From: a virus
Reading direction: 5' to 3' (one strand)
DNA: 64,000 bases
Virus record (IMG/VR): IMGVR_UViG_3300028558_000022
Coordinates: 26,979-90,978 of that record
Under the pieces are notes generated by a model that was given only the letters and a program-made list of their open reading frames with translations, was not told the DNA's origin and did not search any database. The position numbers were made by a program, and so were the translations under genes. Positions within the stretch are counted from its first letter, which is position 1; every line of letters begins with the position of its first letter. Of the stretch, positions 55,959 to 64,000 are shown one piece after another.

Positions 55959-57023
55959 TTAGCGACTCTTCGCGCGTCTGCGCTCAGCCGCTTCCTTTTC
56001 GAGTGCCTGTTCTTTCTTCGCGAAGTTCGGATCAGACATCAGGCGCCGTTTGTACTCGTCGGCGGGCATCGCGTTGATCGCGGCCAAACCGGTGTACTTG
56101 CGCTTCTGTCCATTCACTTCGACAATGTAGGTAATCTCGTCAGGATTGACCGCCGAACGTACCGGACCAATCTCTTCGGAGTTGTTCCGATTCAAACCGG
56201 TCGGGATACGTGGTACCGATACAGGCTCTTCTACAGGAGCGACTGCAACTGGAACCTCTACGACCGGCTCGGGAGCGGGTTCGTCCACTTGGACAGGCTC
56301 CGGTACCGGCTCAACGACCGGCTCGGGTTCAGGTTCTACATTCGAGTAGGTGAGCACCAGAACGGGCGGATCGATATTCTTGAGAGCCTCGTAAGCTCTC
56401 TGGAAGTTCTGCCTCGTAGGAGCAAGGTTCTTGCGGAGCATCCAACCGGTGATCGCGTCAGAGTTCTCTTTACAGACGACGTAATCGGAATTGGCTGCCT
56501 TGAACGCTTCCACTTCGATGCGAGCACGCTCATTGATACGATCCTGCTGCAACTCTGCAATCGTATCCGTCAAGACCTTGGGCTTCGCGCCCATCTTGGC
56601 CTCGAATAGAGTATCTGTCGCTTCGTCAAAACGCTCGGGATCGAGAATATCGCGAGAGAGTTGAATACGTTCCTCTGCCGAGAGGGTACGCGGCTTGAAA
56701 TCTACCGGCTCTTCAAATCGCTGAGCCTCATCGGGAACTTGCTCGTCATCAAGGATGCCGAGACGATTCTTTCGTGTCGCTTCCCGGAGCTTTCGGACCA
56801 AAAGCGTATTCTGTTCAGTCAGCTTTCCGGCAAGCTCTTCAGGCGTCGTGTACTTGATTACCTGCTTACCGCCGATAGGCCGTCCTGATTCGTCCGTGGG
56901 CTGATACTCGTAACGCAATTCGACAGGCGCAACCGGCGCCGGGACTTCAACTACAACCTGTTCCGGGGTTTCAATTGCGGGTGTATCCGCGCCCGGCTGA
57001 AGCTCAATTGCTTCAACGCTCAT
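55959..57023 (-). CDS. Capsid scaffolding protein
   Basis: Acidic with a Pro/Glu/Val-rich linker; lies between portal and MCP. Confidence 0.7.
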   Translation of the reverse strand: MSVEAIELQPGADTPAIETPEQVVVEVPAPVAPVELRYEYQPTDESGRPIGGKQVIKYTTPEELAGKLTEQNTLLVRKLREATRKNRLGILDDEQVPDEAQRFEEPVDFKPRTLSAEERIQLSRDILDPERFDEATDTLFEAKMGAKPKVLTDTIAELQQDRINERARIEVEAFKAANSDYVVCKENSDAITGWMLRKNLAPTRQNFQRAYEALKNIDPPVLVLTYSNVEPEPEPVVEPVPEPVQVDEPAPEPVVEVPVAVAPVEEPVSVPRIPTGLNRNNSEEIGPVRSAVNPDEITYIVEVNGQKRKYTGLAAINAMPADEYKRRLMSDPNFAKKEQALEKEAAERRRAKSR

Positions 57024-57418
57024 TCATCCTCCTCGATGATTTCAAACTCATTTGACAAATCGTCGTCCAAATCGCTTTGAGTGCTCGCTGGGGCGCCCAA
57101 ATCGATTGTGCCTTCTGTCACGTCAACCGGATCGCCGACCTTCGCTACTGCTGCCCTGAACGCCTCAACCTCGAAGTTGATGCGGTTCATAAAGGCTGTG
57201 TAGACCTGTGCGGCTGCCTTCGCAAGACGGTGATTTGCGACAATCGCTGCCTCGTTCTCTACCCCAGTGTTGATGAGTCCAACAATGAACTTGTCAACTT
57301 CGGAGCGAATGAGACGGTGAATGATCGGAAAACCGTTCGTGGCTACCGCGTGCGCGACTAAAGCGCGTTCGGTGTGATCCAGAACTACTTCCGGCTCAAA
57401 ACTTTTATGTGTTTCCAC
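57020..57418 (-). CDS. Hypothetical head-module protein
   Basis: Position after the portal. Confidence 0.55.
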   Translation of the reverse strand: METHKSFEPEVVLDHTERALVAHAVATNGFPIIHRLIRSEVDKFIVGLINTGVENEAAIVANHRLAKAAAQVYTAFMNRINFEVEAFRAAVAKVGDPVDVTEGTIDLGAPASTQSDLDDDLSNEFEIIEEDE

Positions 57419-57478
57419 TTCTCCCCCAAGTGGCTCAAAGGTATCCGCCTCTCCATCGAGACGGATACCTCAAGATTG

Positions 57479-59599
57479 CTAAACGACCTCAGGCATAGAA
57501 CCTTGGAGTCCCGTGAGACTCGGTACGCCCTCTGCGGCTTCGCTTTGCCCGTTTTGGCGGAATGCGTTGACCACAAGATCGCGTTTGATTCGGTTATCAG
57601 CGGATTGCTGATCCAGTGCGGATTTCTGCTGGAACTTCTGCTGATTAGTCTGAGCTGTGATGGCGGCCTTCGACTGAGCTTGAGCGGCTTGTGACTTTGC
57701 TTGCCGGTCTTGCTTCATCTGATCCGTCATCGGCTTGATGATGTCGTTCTTGTCTTTCCACTCTGACGCTTCGATCCACATAGCGACGATGACTTTCCAG
57801 TCGATGTACTCGCCGTTGATGTCCGCAAGCTGATCGACAATTTGCGGGTTCTCAAGAATCTGAGTCAACAGCGTCATTGACTGAGCCATTGTTCGCTTGG
57901 CGGCAAGTGCCGCGCCCGCAAGAACCTCATACGAGATACGCGCGTCGTGGTATGCCTGAAGATCAAGCTCGTAATCCTTGCCCATCTCGTCGCCGAGGAT
58001 GGCAAAGATTTCCGCATCAGAAATGTAGGACATTACCAGCTCATCCAAGATGTACAGGAATGGGCTGAATACTTGTTCGATGAAGTTGTCAAGCGGACCG
58101 TCAAGACGCGTCGCGCTGGCGGCCCCAAGTTGGGCAGCTCCGCCCGCTGTACGACCCATCGAAGTTCGCGGCCCGGCTGTCGAGCCTTGCACAAGTGCTT
58201 GGTCGGCGCCGGAGCTACTCTCTGTTGCCTTCTCGGACTCCGCGAGTGCGTTCCACACTTCGCCGGGAATCTTCGGAATGTCGAGCAACTTGTATGCTTT
58301 GTCAACCTCTCCGTCAACCGTGAGAATCTTACCGAGACCGGTACGGATCATCTGCGTCGGTGCGTTTGTGTCACGCTTACGCAGGTAAACCGGGTTCACA
58401 CCGAATGACAAGAGTTTGAGAATTGCGTTGATAGTCCCTTGATCGACTCGTTGGTTCTGTCCAACGATCAGGCCAAGGCCCATGCCGTAAAACGCCTTCG
58501 GACGGTTCCACCAATTAGCAGAAAGGAACGGAATCTGATTGAAGGGGTTCTTACCGGAGAAGATCACATGATTACGGTCAATAACCATAATCTTGCGGCC
58601 CTTGTCCCAGTATTCCAAAACCTCCATCTTCTTAAAGAGAAGGTCCGGGGTCACTTCAATGTTCACATCTTCTGAATGGTGAACGGCGCCATTGGCGTAG
58701 GTCGTTTGATCTGTGCCGAGAATTTCAGGGCCGTCCGACTGGGTGGGAGGCATCCACCATTTCTTGAGTTCCTCTTCGCCCTTCGGGAGCTTCCAACCTT
58801 CAAGGTCGGGATGATCCGGCTTTTTCTCTCTCAGCTCTTCAAGTGACTTGCGAATCCTGTCGAGTTGGTAGAAGTCCATGTAGCGGACATCCACAACGAA
58901 ATCAGCATGTCGAATATCTCCGACATTGCACTTCGGATCGACCAGAACCTTGTCGAGAGGTCTGCTTTCAAAGAACGGACGCGGTACGAAACGAACCGAT
59001 TTCTTAATGTTAGGTATCTCGTCCTTCGGAATCTGTACCGTGTCCTGTGCGTCAACCGGCCCGGACCGCAGGGTCGAGACCGTCGCTTCGCGTTTCTTTG
59101 TAACAACCTCTTGAAAATCGATACCCCACTTCCAAATGCCCGTACCAAATACGGCCATCTGTTCGAGGCCCCACTTTGTCTCTGTTTTGAACTTGCAGGA
59201 ATCCAGCAAGTACGAGAAGACGGTCGTCTTTGCGTCAACGACTTTCTGACTCGTTCCGGGACGTGGGCGCAGAACCATCGGGGGATCGGCGTAGAACAAA
59301 CCTTTGTAGAGTTGCGGTACAACCGCATTCGCTACCTTGGCAACCGTGAACCGCTGAACATTTGGTTCGAGGATGTATGTGTTCTCGTAAACCGACAACG
59401 GACGCGGCGATTGATACAAAAGATCAGCGTCGCGCCAAAGAAGGTTCCACTGTTTGTTTGAAATGTATGACTCGGACTTCCGAGCGGCACCAACGACCAG
59501 AGCGAGATCGGCACTGGCGGTCTTTAACTGTCCGCCCTTTCCGTAGTCCTCAGGCGTAAGGGACCGGCTCTGACTGCCGTCCGTCTCTGGAAGTGACAT
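57479..59599 (-). CDS. Portal protein (podovirus type)
   Basis: 706 aa after the terminase; GTGIWK, FYGMG, RTAGG motifs; Gln-rich barrel-like tail. Confidence 0.85.
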   Translation of the reverse strand: MSLPETDGSQSRSLTPEDYGKGGQLKTASADLALVVGAARKSESYISNKQWNLLWRDADLLYQSPRPLSVYENTYILEPNVQRFTVAKVANAVVPQLYKGLFYADPPMVLRPRPGTSQKVVDAKTTVFSYLLDSCKFKTETKWGLEQMAVFGTGIWKWGIDFQEVVTKKREATVSTLRSGPVDAQDTVQIPKDEIPNIKKSVRFVPRPFFESRPLDKVLVDPKCNVGDIRHADFVVDVRYMDFYQLDRIRKSLEELREKKPDHPDLEGWKLPKGEEELKKWWMPPTQSDGPEILGTDQTTYANGAVHHSEDVNIEVTPDLLFKKMEVLEYWDKGRKIMVIDRNHVIFSGKNPFNQIPFLSANWWNRPKAFYGMGLGLIVGQNQRVDQGTINAILKLLSFGVNPVYLRKRDTNAPTQMIRTGLGKILTVDGEVDKAYKLLDIPKIPGEVWNALAESEKATESSSGADQALVQGSTAGPRTSMGRTAGGAAQLGAASATRLDGPLDNFIEQVFSPFLYILDELVMSYISDAEIFAILGDEMGKDYELDLQAYHDARISYEVLAGAALAAKRTMAQSMTLLTQILENPQIVDQLADINGEYIDWKVIVAMWIEASEWKDKNDIIKPMTDQMKQDRQAKSQAAQAQSKAAITAQTNQQKFQQKSALDQQSADNRIKRDLVVNAFRQNGQSEAAEGVPSLTGLQGSMPEVV

Positions 59600-59607
59600 C
59601 TACTCTC

Positions 59608-61630
59608 CTACATCAAATCCGCAAACGGATCGATGAAACCTTGCCCGTCCGTGTTCCCGGCTTGCTCAATCTGGAAGGCGGTAACCGGATTGTCGTCCGA
59701 CTGACCGGCCTTGTTCAGATACGCGTATTTGCCGATGCAGTGGACAAGATCGTGAATCTCGGCAGCCTGTTGGTTTGTTGCGTACTGCGTATTCACGTAA
59801 TTGATCTTGCTGTCCATGTCGGCATAGGCGCCGAATTGATCGGCGAGCAACGACAACGCAGAGACAATATCGTCGTGCGCGTCATCACTTGTACCGGTGA
59901 ACTGTTCCAGCTCCGAGTAAATCTCCTCAAGTCCCTCACAGGCGTTTGAGAAGTACATTCGCTCATCACCGAGCAAGCGAAGCACGGGCTTCGCCTTCAT
60001 CTGTTTCGCTTTGGCCTTTGTTCCGAGGCCGAGGGACACATACTCAACGGGGATCGCGATTTGGAGCTTGTCCATTTCGCGCCGGAGTTCGCGGCCCATC
60101 CACTTCACACCTACCGAGTCTTCGATTGCGATCTTTTTAGGCTTCCACTTACGCCCTGTCGCTGCGATGACTGCCGGTAGTTCGTATTCGTTGTATCTCC
60201 CACGAGTCATGTTCACGATGTAGAACCGCCCGCCGTAGATCAGCGCGGTCATAATCACCGTGTAGTCTGCCCAAGACTTTGTAGAGTACGCCGTATCGAC
60301 CGTCGTAACTACGATGCCTTGTGCCGGTAACTGGTTATGGGGGATCGTCCGCCGCGTGAGAAGCTCGCGCGGGAACTTGATCTTGTTTATCTGACGCGGG
60401 TTGTTCAGGTACTTGATTGCGAACCCGTCTTGGTCTTTCTTACGTTCCTTCGCAAGGAACTCGTAAGACAACCTTTCCGGGAACCACAACTCGTAGTCAG
60501 TCTACCGCCTCAGCCTCAATCTTTCCGGCTTCAGCGGCTTTGTCGTTCAACCAAAGTGCGGCCCGCAGGTAGACGTTGACATAAACGGAGCTATTGAAAC
60601 GACCGCTATCGACGGAGCCTTTGATATTTTCCTGTAGGCCCTCTTCTTCAGCAAACGTCTCTTCCTGCTTAATCGTCTTACCGTAGTAGTCCTTCTCGTC
60701 GTACCACGTACCGATGACATCCATAAAGCCATACGGGTGAAGCATGGCCCGGTTGACGCTAATTTGTTTGTTCGTCTTTTCCAGACGATCTACCGTCAAG
60801 CTGTTCTCGTTCGTTACAACGTCGTCCAGCTTCAGCACTCCAAAGTGCATACCGGACAAAGCCTGTTCGATAGATGCCGCGCGGATTGTCGGTTCCTTCT
60901 CGTCACCGCCCGCTGGCGTTTGAAATTCGGTTTGCTTCCCGTCGCCGGGCGCCGTGCAATGCTCGGGAAAGAGCACTTGGAACAAACTATCACTCCACTC
61001 GCCCGTTTCCTTGTCCATCATCTTTCTAGGACCGTGACCGCTCTTTCCGGTCTTCGGATCGGGAATGCCGTTCTCTTCAAGTGTGAAGTGTTGCTTGATT
61101 TCGCCTACAAAGTCTGTGGCGAGCTGCAAAGTTCCAGTAAGAATCAGAATGGTGATTGCAGGGAATGAAATGATCCACTGGACGCAATCCGCCATGTCGA
61201 TTGAAGACTTGAACCCACCGCGCGGTACCAGAAGCATTCGATCCTTGAGATCGGTGTACTGGTTTGCAAACTTCTCGAACGTCGCGAATGTGGGATTCTT
61301 CTGCACAAAGAACTTGTTGCAAATGTCTTCGTGTGTCTTGACGGTGACTTGACTGTACTTCTCTAGCAGGTTGCACAGAAAGAACAGATTTGTCTGAGCA
61401 AGGAAACGGAAGATTAGAAGCTCCGTGCCCGTGACTTCGTTGAGAGTCTCTCCGGCAGCCGTCAGAGCGTTGATCCAACTCTTCTGTACCTTCTCTTGCT
61501 GTGCGCTAGACAATCGCTGGAAGCTCTTTTGTGCCATCTCAAGTAGTGCGTCTTCTGAGATGTCCCTGAACTGATAGTTCGGGTGCTCGCGTGCTTCCTG
61601 TGCGAGTTGCCGTAACCGGCTAAGAACCAT
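59608..61630 (-). CDS. terL: Terminase large subunit, split by a frameshift near 60495 (ATPase 60497-61630, nuclease 59608-60489)
   Basis: LVPRGGFKSS (Walker A-like), LDD, GTWY; nuclease VDTAY...DY...IED...HDDIVSA. Confidence 0.85.
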
Positions 61631-61655
61631 ACCTCTCCGTTATGGGCGCCGTTGT

Positions 61656-62192
61656 TTACTTTTTGTGCCAGCCTTCCATCGTGTGAGCGAGATTTGCCAT
61701 CTCGCGAACATGAGGGTTCTTGCTGTTACGCGCCTCGTTGAGCTTTTCCTTCGGGATCGTCTCACCCTCAGGAATGTGTAACGCGCGATGTAGGCCGCCT
61801 TTGTGAAGGTGCATTACCACGCGATGCTTGCTCAATTGAACTGTGTCTGTGTGCCCGCTCGACTTACGTGCTCTATGCTTGTCTGCTTCCTCTTTGGTAA
61901 GCACGGCCTCCCCTTTATGCAGGATCGCCGGACCGGTCTCGGGGACGTAATCCGTACCGTTCTTGTACTTCGGAAGTAGAGATTTAGCCGCGTTCTTGAA
62001 TGCTTCATTCGCGGACTTTATAGGGCTATCCTGATTTGAGTTATCCGGCTTGCTCTGAGGCGCCGGGGAAGAATCACCGACTCCCAGATAATGCTTGGCC
62101 GTATCAACGGCGTGGGACACTGCGTCGCGAGCATTCTTGAAGGTAAATGTGTCCTTCAGATCATCTGCAATCTTTTGGCCGTCGTTTGCCAT
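61656..62192 (-). CDS. Hypothetical phage protein
   Basis: KNGTDYVPETGPAILHKGEAVL motif plus GGLHRALHIPEG motif. Confidence 0.6.
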   Translation of the reverse strand: MANDGQKIADDLKDTFTFKNARDAVSHAVDTAKHYLGVGDSSPAPQSKPDNSNQDSPIKSANEAFKNAAKSLLPKYKNGTDYVPETGPAILHKGEAVLTKEEADKHRARKSSGHTDTVQLSKHRVVMHLHKGGLHRALHIPEGETIPKEKLNEARNSKNPHVREMANLAHTMEGWHKK

Positions 62193-62530
62193 TACCCCGC
62201 CATTCCTGTAGGGGCCGCACCGGGCATGGGTGACGGCTGTGCGCCCGCAGCGGGCATCTGAGCTGCGTCGGGTGTACCGGCGTCCGCTTCCTGCTCACCG
62301 GGATTAGGCGTCCCGGCATGAGTAAGCATGTGCTCGACCATCTCATCATCTCCGCGCTTTGTGTGCGTTTCCATCGGGTGATGGTCGGGGCGAGTGTGAT
62401 GATGCTCGAAAATATGATCGCCGTTGTGCGACTTGCGATGCGTGATGTGGCTGATTTCTTTCTTTGGCTTCTCGTGTTCGCCGCCGAGATGCCGGGCGGC
62501 CTCGGTCATGTAGTTATGATCCATTTCCAT
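62192..62530 (-). CDS. His-rich hypothetical protein
   Basis: Dense His cluster; Pro/Ala tail. Confidence 0.55.
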   Translation of the reverse strand: MEMDHNYMTEAARHLGGEHEKPKKEISHITHRKSHNGDHIFEHHHTRPDHHPMETHTKRGDDEMVEHMLTHAGTPNPGEQEADAGTPDAAQMPAAGAQPSPMPGAAPTGMAG

Positions 62531-63029
62531 CCTTGTTCAAGAGGTTCTCAAACGTGTCCCAGTGGCTACGTGCAAACTGTCGGACACCGAGACCCGGATC
62601 GTACTTCGGATAAAGCGTTCGGAAGACTCTCTCCGAGCTGATAAAGTTGCTCGGAAGCTCTCCGATACTCCGCAAGTACAACATCGCAGTTGTGGGACCG
62701 CGCGAATGACCGGCGTTACAGGCAATCAATACTTTGTCGCCGTGTGCCAGTTTCTTTTGAACGTACTGAAGTCCCTCTTTAACCATCGCCTCAGGGATGA
62801 GGTTAGGATCATCAGGGTCAATCATGTTGAGCGCCATACGATTGCGCTTCATTGCGGCGAGATACTCTGGGCTGTCCTTAGGAGCGCCGGGCGTTGTGTA
62901 CCCTAACGAGTCGCGATGACCTCCCGGTCCCTCTTTGCAGCATCGAAGCGACCGCCAGTCGCCACGATCTTTGATCTTCTCGTAATCGGCGTCATCGCCA
63001 ACATACAAGTCGCCGATAATGTTTGTCAT
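62514..63029 (-). CDS. Dual-specificity (CX5R) protein phosphatase
   Basis: LYVGD, DPDD acid loop, KVLIACNAGHSRG. Confidence 0.85.
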   Translation of the reverse strand: MTNIIGDLYVGDDADYEKIKDRGDWRSLRCCKEGPGGHRDSLGYTTPGAPKDSPEYLAAMKRNRMALNMIDPDDPNLIPEAMVKEGLQYVQKKLAHGDKVLIACNAGHSRGPTTAMLYLRSIGELPSNFISSERVFRTLYPKYDPGLGVRQFARSHWDTFENLLNKDGNGS

Positions 63030-63183
63030 GATCCGCCTTACTTAGCGGACTGAACGGTCGGCTCAACGCTGTATTCACCATACTTCGCGATGAAATCGTC
63101 TTTCTTCATCGTTGCGTAATCGTATCTACGCTGATCGGTGTTATGCGTCGCCGGAACCGTGAACGTCTTCCGTGTGTAGAGCA

Positions 63184-63393
63184 TTACGAAACCCCCTCCG
63201 TGATGATCTTCGGCTTGGCCGCTTCTGCGGCCCGTGCTGCTGCCTGTCGCTGTGCGTTCTCGATGAACGACTTGAGAACTACGTTCGCAAAGTCAGCCGC
63301 GAACTGATGATGAATGTCGCTCAGAAAGATCGCTACGCCTTTGTGCGTCCAGACCTTACCAAACTCTTGTGCGTCTTTTGCGCTAACCTGCAT
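63184..63393 (-). CDS. Hypothetical protein
   Basis: MQVSAKDAQ... start overlapping the upstream stop. Confidence 0.5.
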   Translation of the reverse strand: MQVSAKDAQEFGKVWTHKGVAIFLSDIHHQFAADFANVVLKSFIENAQRQAAARAAEAAKPKIITEGVS

Positions 63394-63700
63394 CGGCCTT
63401 CTCCCTTGGCTTCTGCCCCAGAATGTTCGCCCAAACCTCTTTGACCTTCGATGTCGCCTCAGCGTCAGACCGTGTGAGGAACTTCTCCGGGTTCGGCGGA
63501 TCGTCCGGCTCAAACCAGCGGAGCTGTCTCGGATCGCCGAAGACGCTCAGAGCCAACGCTGTGTAAAGCGTCTTCTCTTCGTCTGTCTCGGCGTCAAGGA
63601 TCAATGACAACTGTTCGGCGAATATGGCGAGACGCGGGACAAGCCGCACATCGCGTAAGATTCGGTTCAGGTTACTCAGATGTTGCTTTTTTCTTCGCAT
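63383..63700 (-). CDS. Hypothetical protein
   Basis: Operonic ORF. Confidence 0.5.
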   Translation of the reverse strand: MRRKKQHLSNLNRILRDVRLVPRLAIFAEQLSLILDAETDEEKTLYTALALSVFGDPRQLRWFEPDDPPNPEKFLTRSDAEATSKVKEVWANILGQKPREKADAG

Positions 63701-63998
63701 ACACGATTTCGCAGGGCAACGCGCAATCGGGCACCCAAAAGCGGACCTTCGTCTTCCCGCCCATCACCGAGCACACACCGCAAATACGGGCGCCAATGAT
63801 ATACGAGGCTTTGAAGTCGTGATCCGACAGGATCGTGTCGCTGTTGACGTGAGTGTGGATGTCTCCGATGATTCGTTTCCCGCGCTCCTCCGCCTTTCGC
63901 GCTACGCGGTCAAACTCAGTTTTGTACCACGCTACCTCAATCTCAGTCTGGGTACCGTACTCCCTCGTGTATTCAAAGGAATCGATCACTGTCAGATG
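63672..63998 (-). CDS. JAB/MPN metalloprotease-domain protein (5' end may lie beyond the window)
   Basis: IIGDIHTHVNSDTILSDHD matches the HxH-x7-S-x2-D JAMM motif. Confidence 0.75.
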   Translation of the reverse strand, partial: HLTVIDSFEYTREYGTQTEIEVAWYKTEFDRVARKAEERGKRIIGDIHTHVNSDTILSDHDFKASYIIGARICGVCSVMGGKTKVRFWVPDCALPCEIVYAKKKATSE

Positions 63999-64000
63999 AG

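Noticed and set aside
56220-56340. Tandem DNA repeats in the scaffold gene, and Gln-rich repeats near 34200-34600
   Set aside because: Explained by low-complexity protein linkers (EPEPVV, QQGPQQ)
9481-61630. Stop-codon reassignment
   Set aside because: TAA, TAG and TGA all end well-defined genes; the terminase break needs a frame change, not readthrough; no suppressor tRNA seen

Overview
The whole window is one temperate, podovirus-like dsDNA phage genome with no host genes. The host may be an Acidobacterium, which is a weak inference. Left arm (mostly + strand, 1-24.2 kb): a partial tyrosine recombinase; an intact attP (22-bp tRNA 3' core, GTGATACGA arm repeats on both sides, IHF-like site) next to the integrase and excisionase; then early, replication and accessory genes (PRTase, PD-(D/E)XK nuclease, putative SSB/annealing protein, T4 Rnl1-like RNA ligase, two HAD phosphatases, HNH, SF2 helicase, primase-helicase, minimal protein kinase, Endo VII, RecA, nucleotidyltransferase, two cupins, MazG). 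Right arm (- strand, 24.2-64 kb): class II RNR, DUF5664 diphosphohydrolase, metallophosphoesterase, scattered lysis genes, ejection proteins (one with an SLT domain), a paralog-rich tail and decoration module, an N4-gp56-like major capsid, scaffold, portal, a frameshifted terminase, a CX5R phosphatase and a JAB protease. The best unexplained signals are (i) a ~260-nt multi-hairpin RNA directly upstream of the RNA ligase/phosphatase pair; (ii) a ~240-nt structured RNA before the capsid gene, with four late-transcript hairpins sharing a GGAUUA motif, one of which carries the exact 16S rRNA 790 loop; (iii) a dispersed palindromic operator; (iv) a shared GEI(T/S)I C-terminal tail on the SSB-like protein and the primase-helicase; (v) a kinase, phosphatase and JAB protease set. 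All calls come from reading motifs by eye; no searches or folding programs were run.
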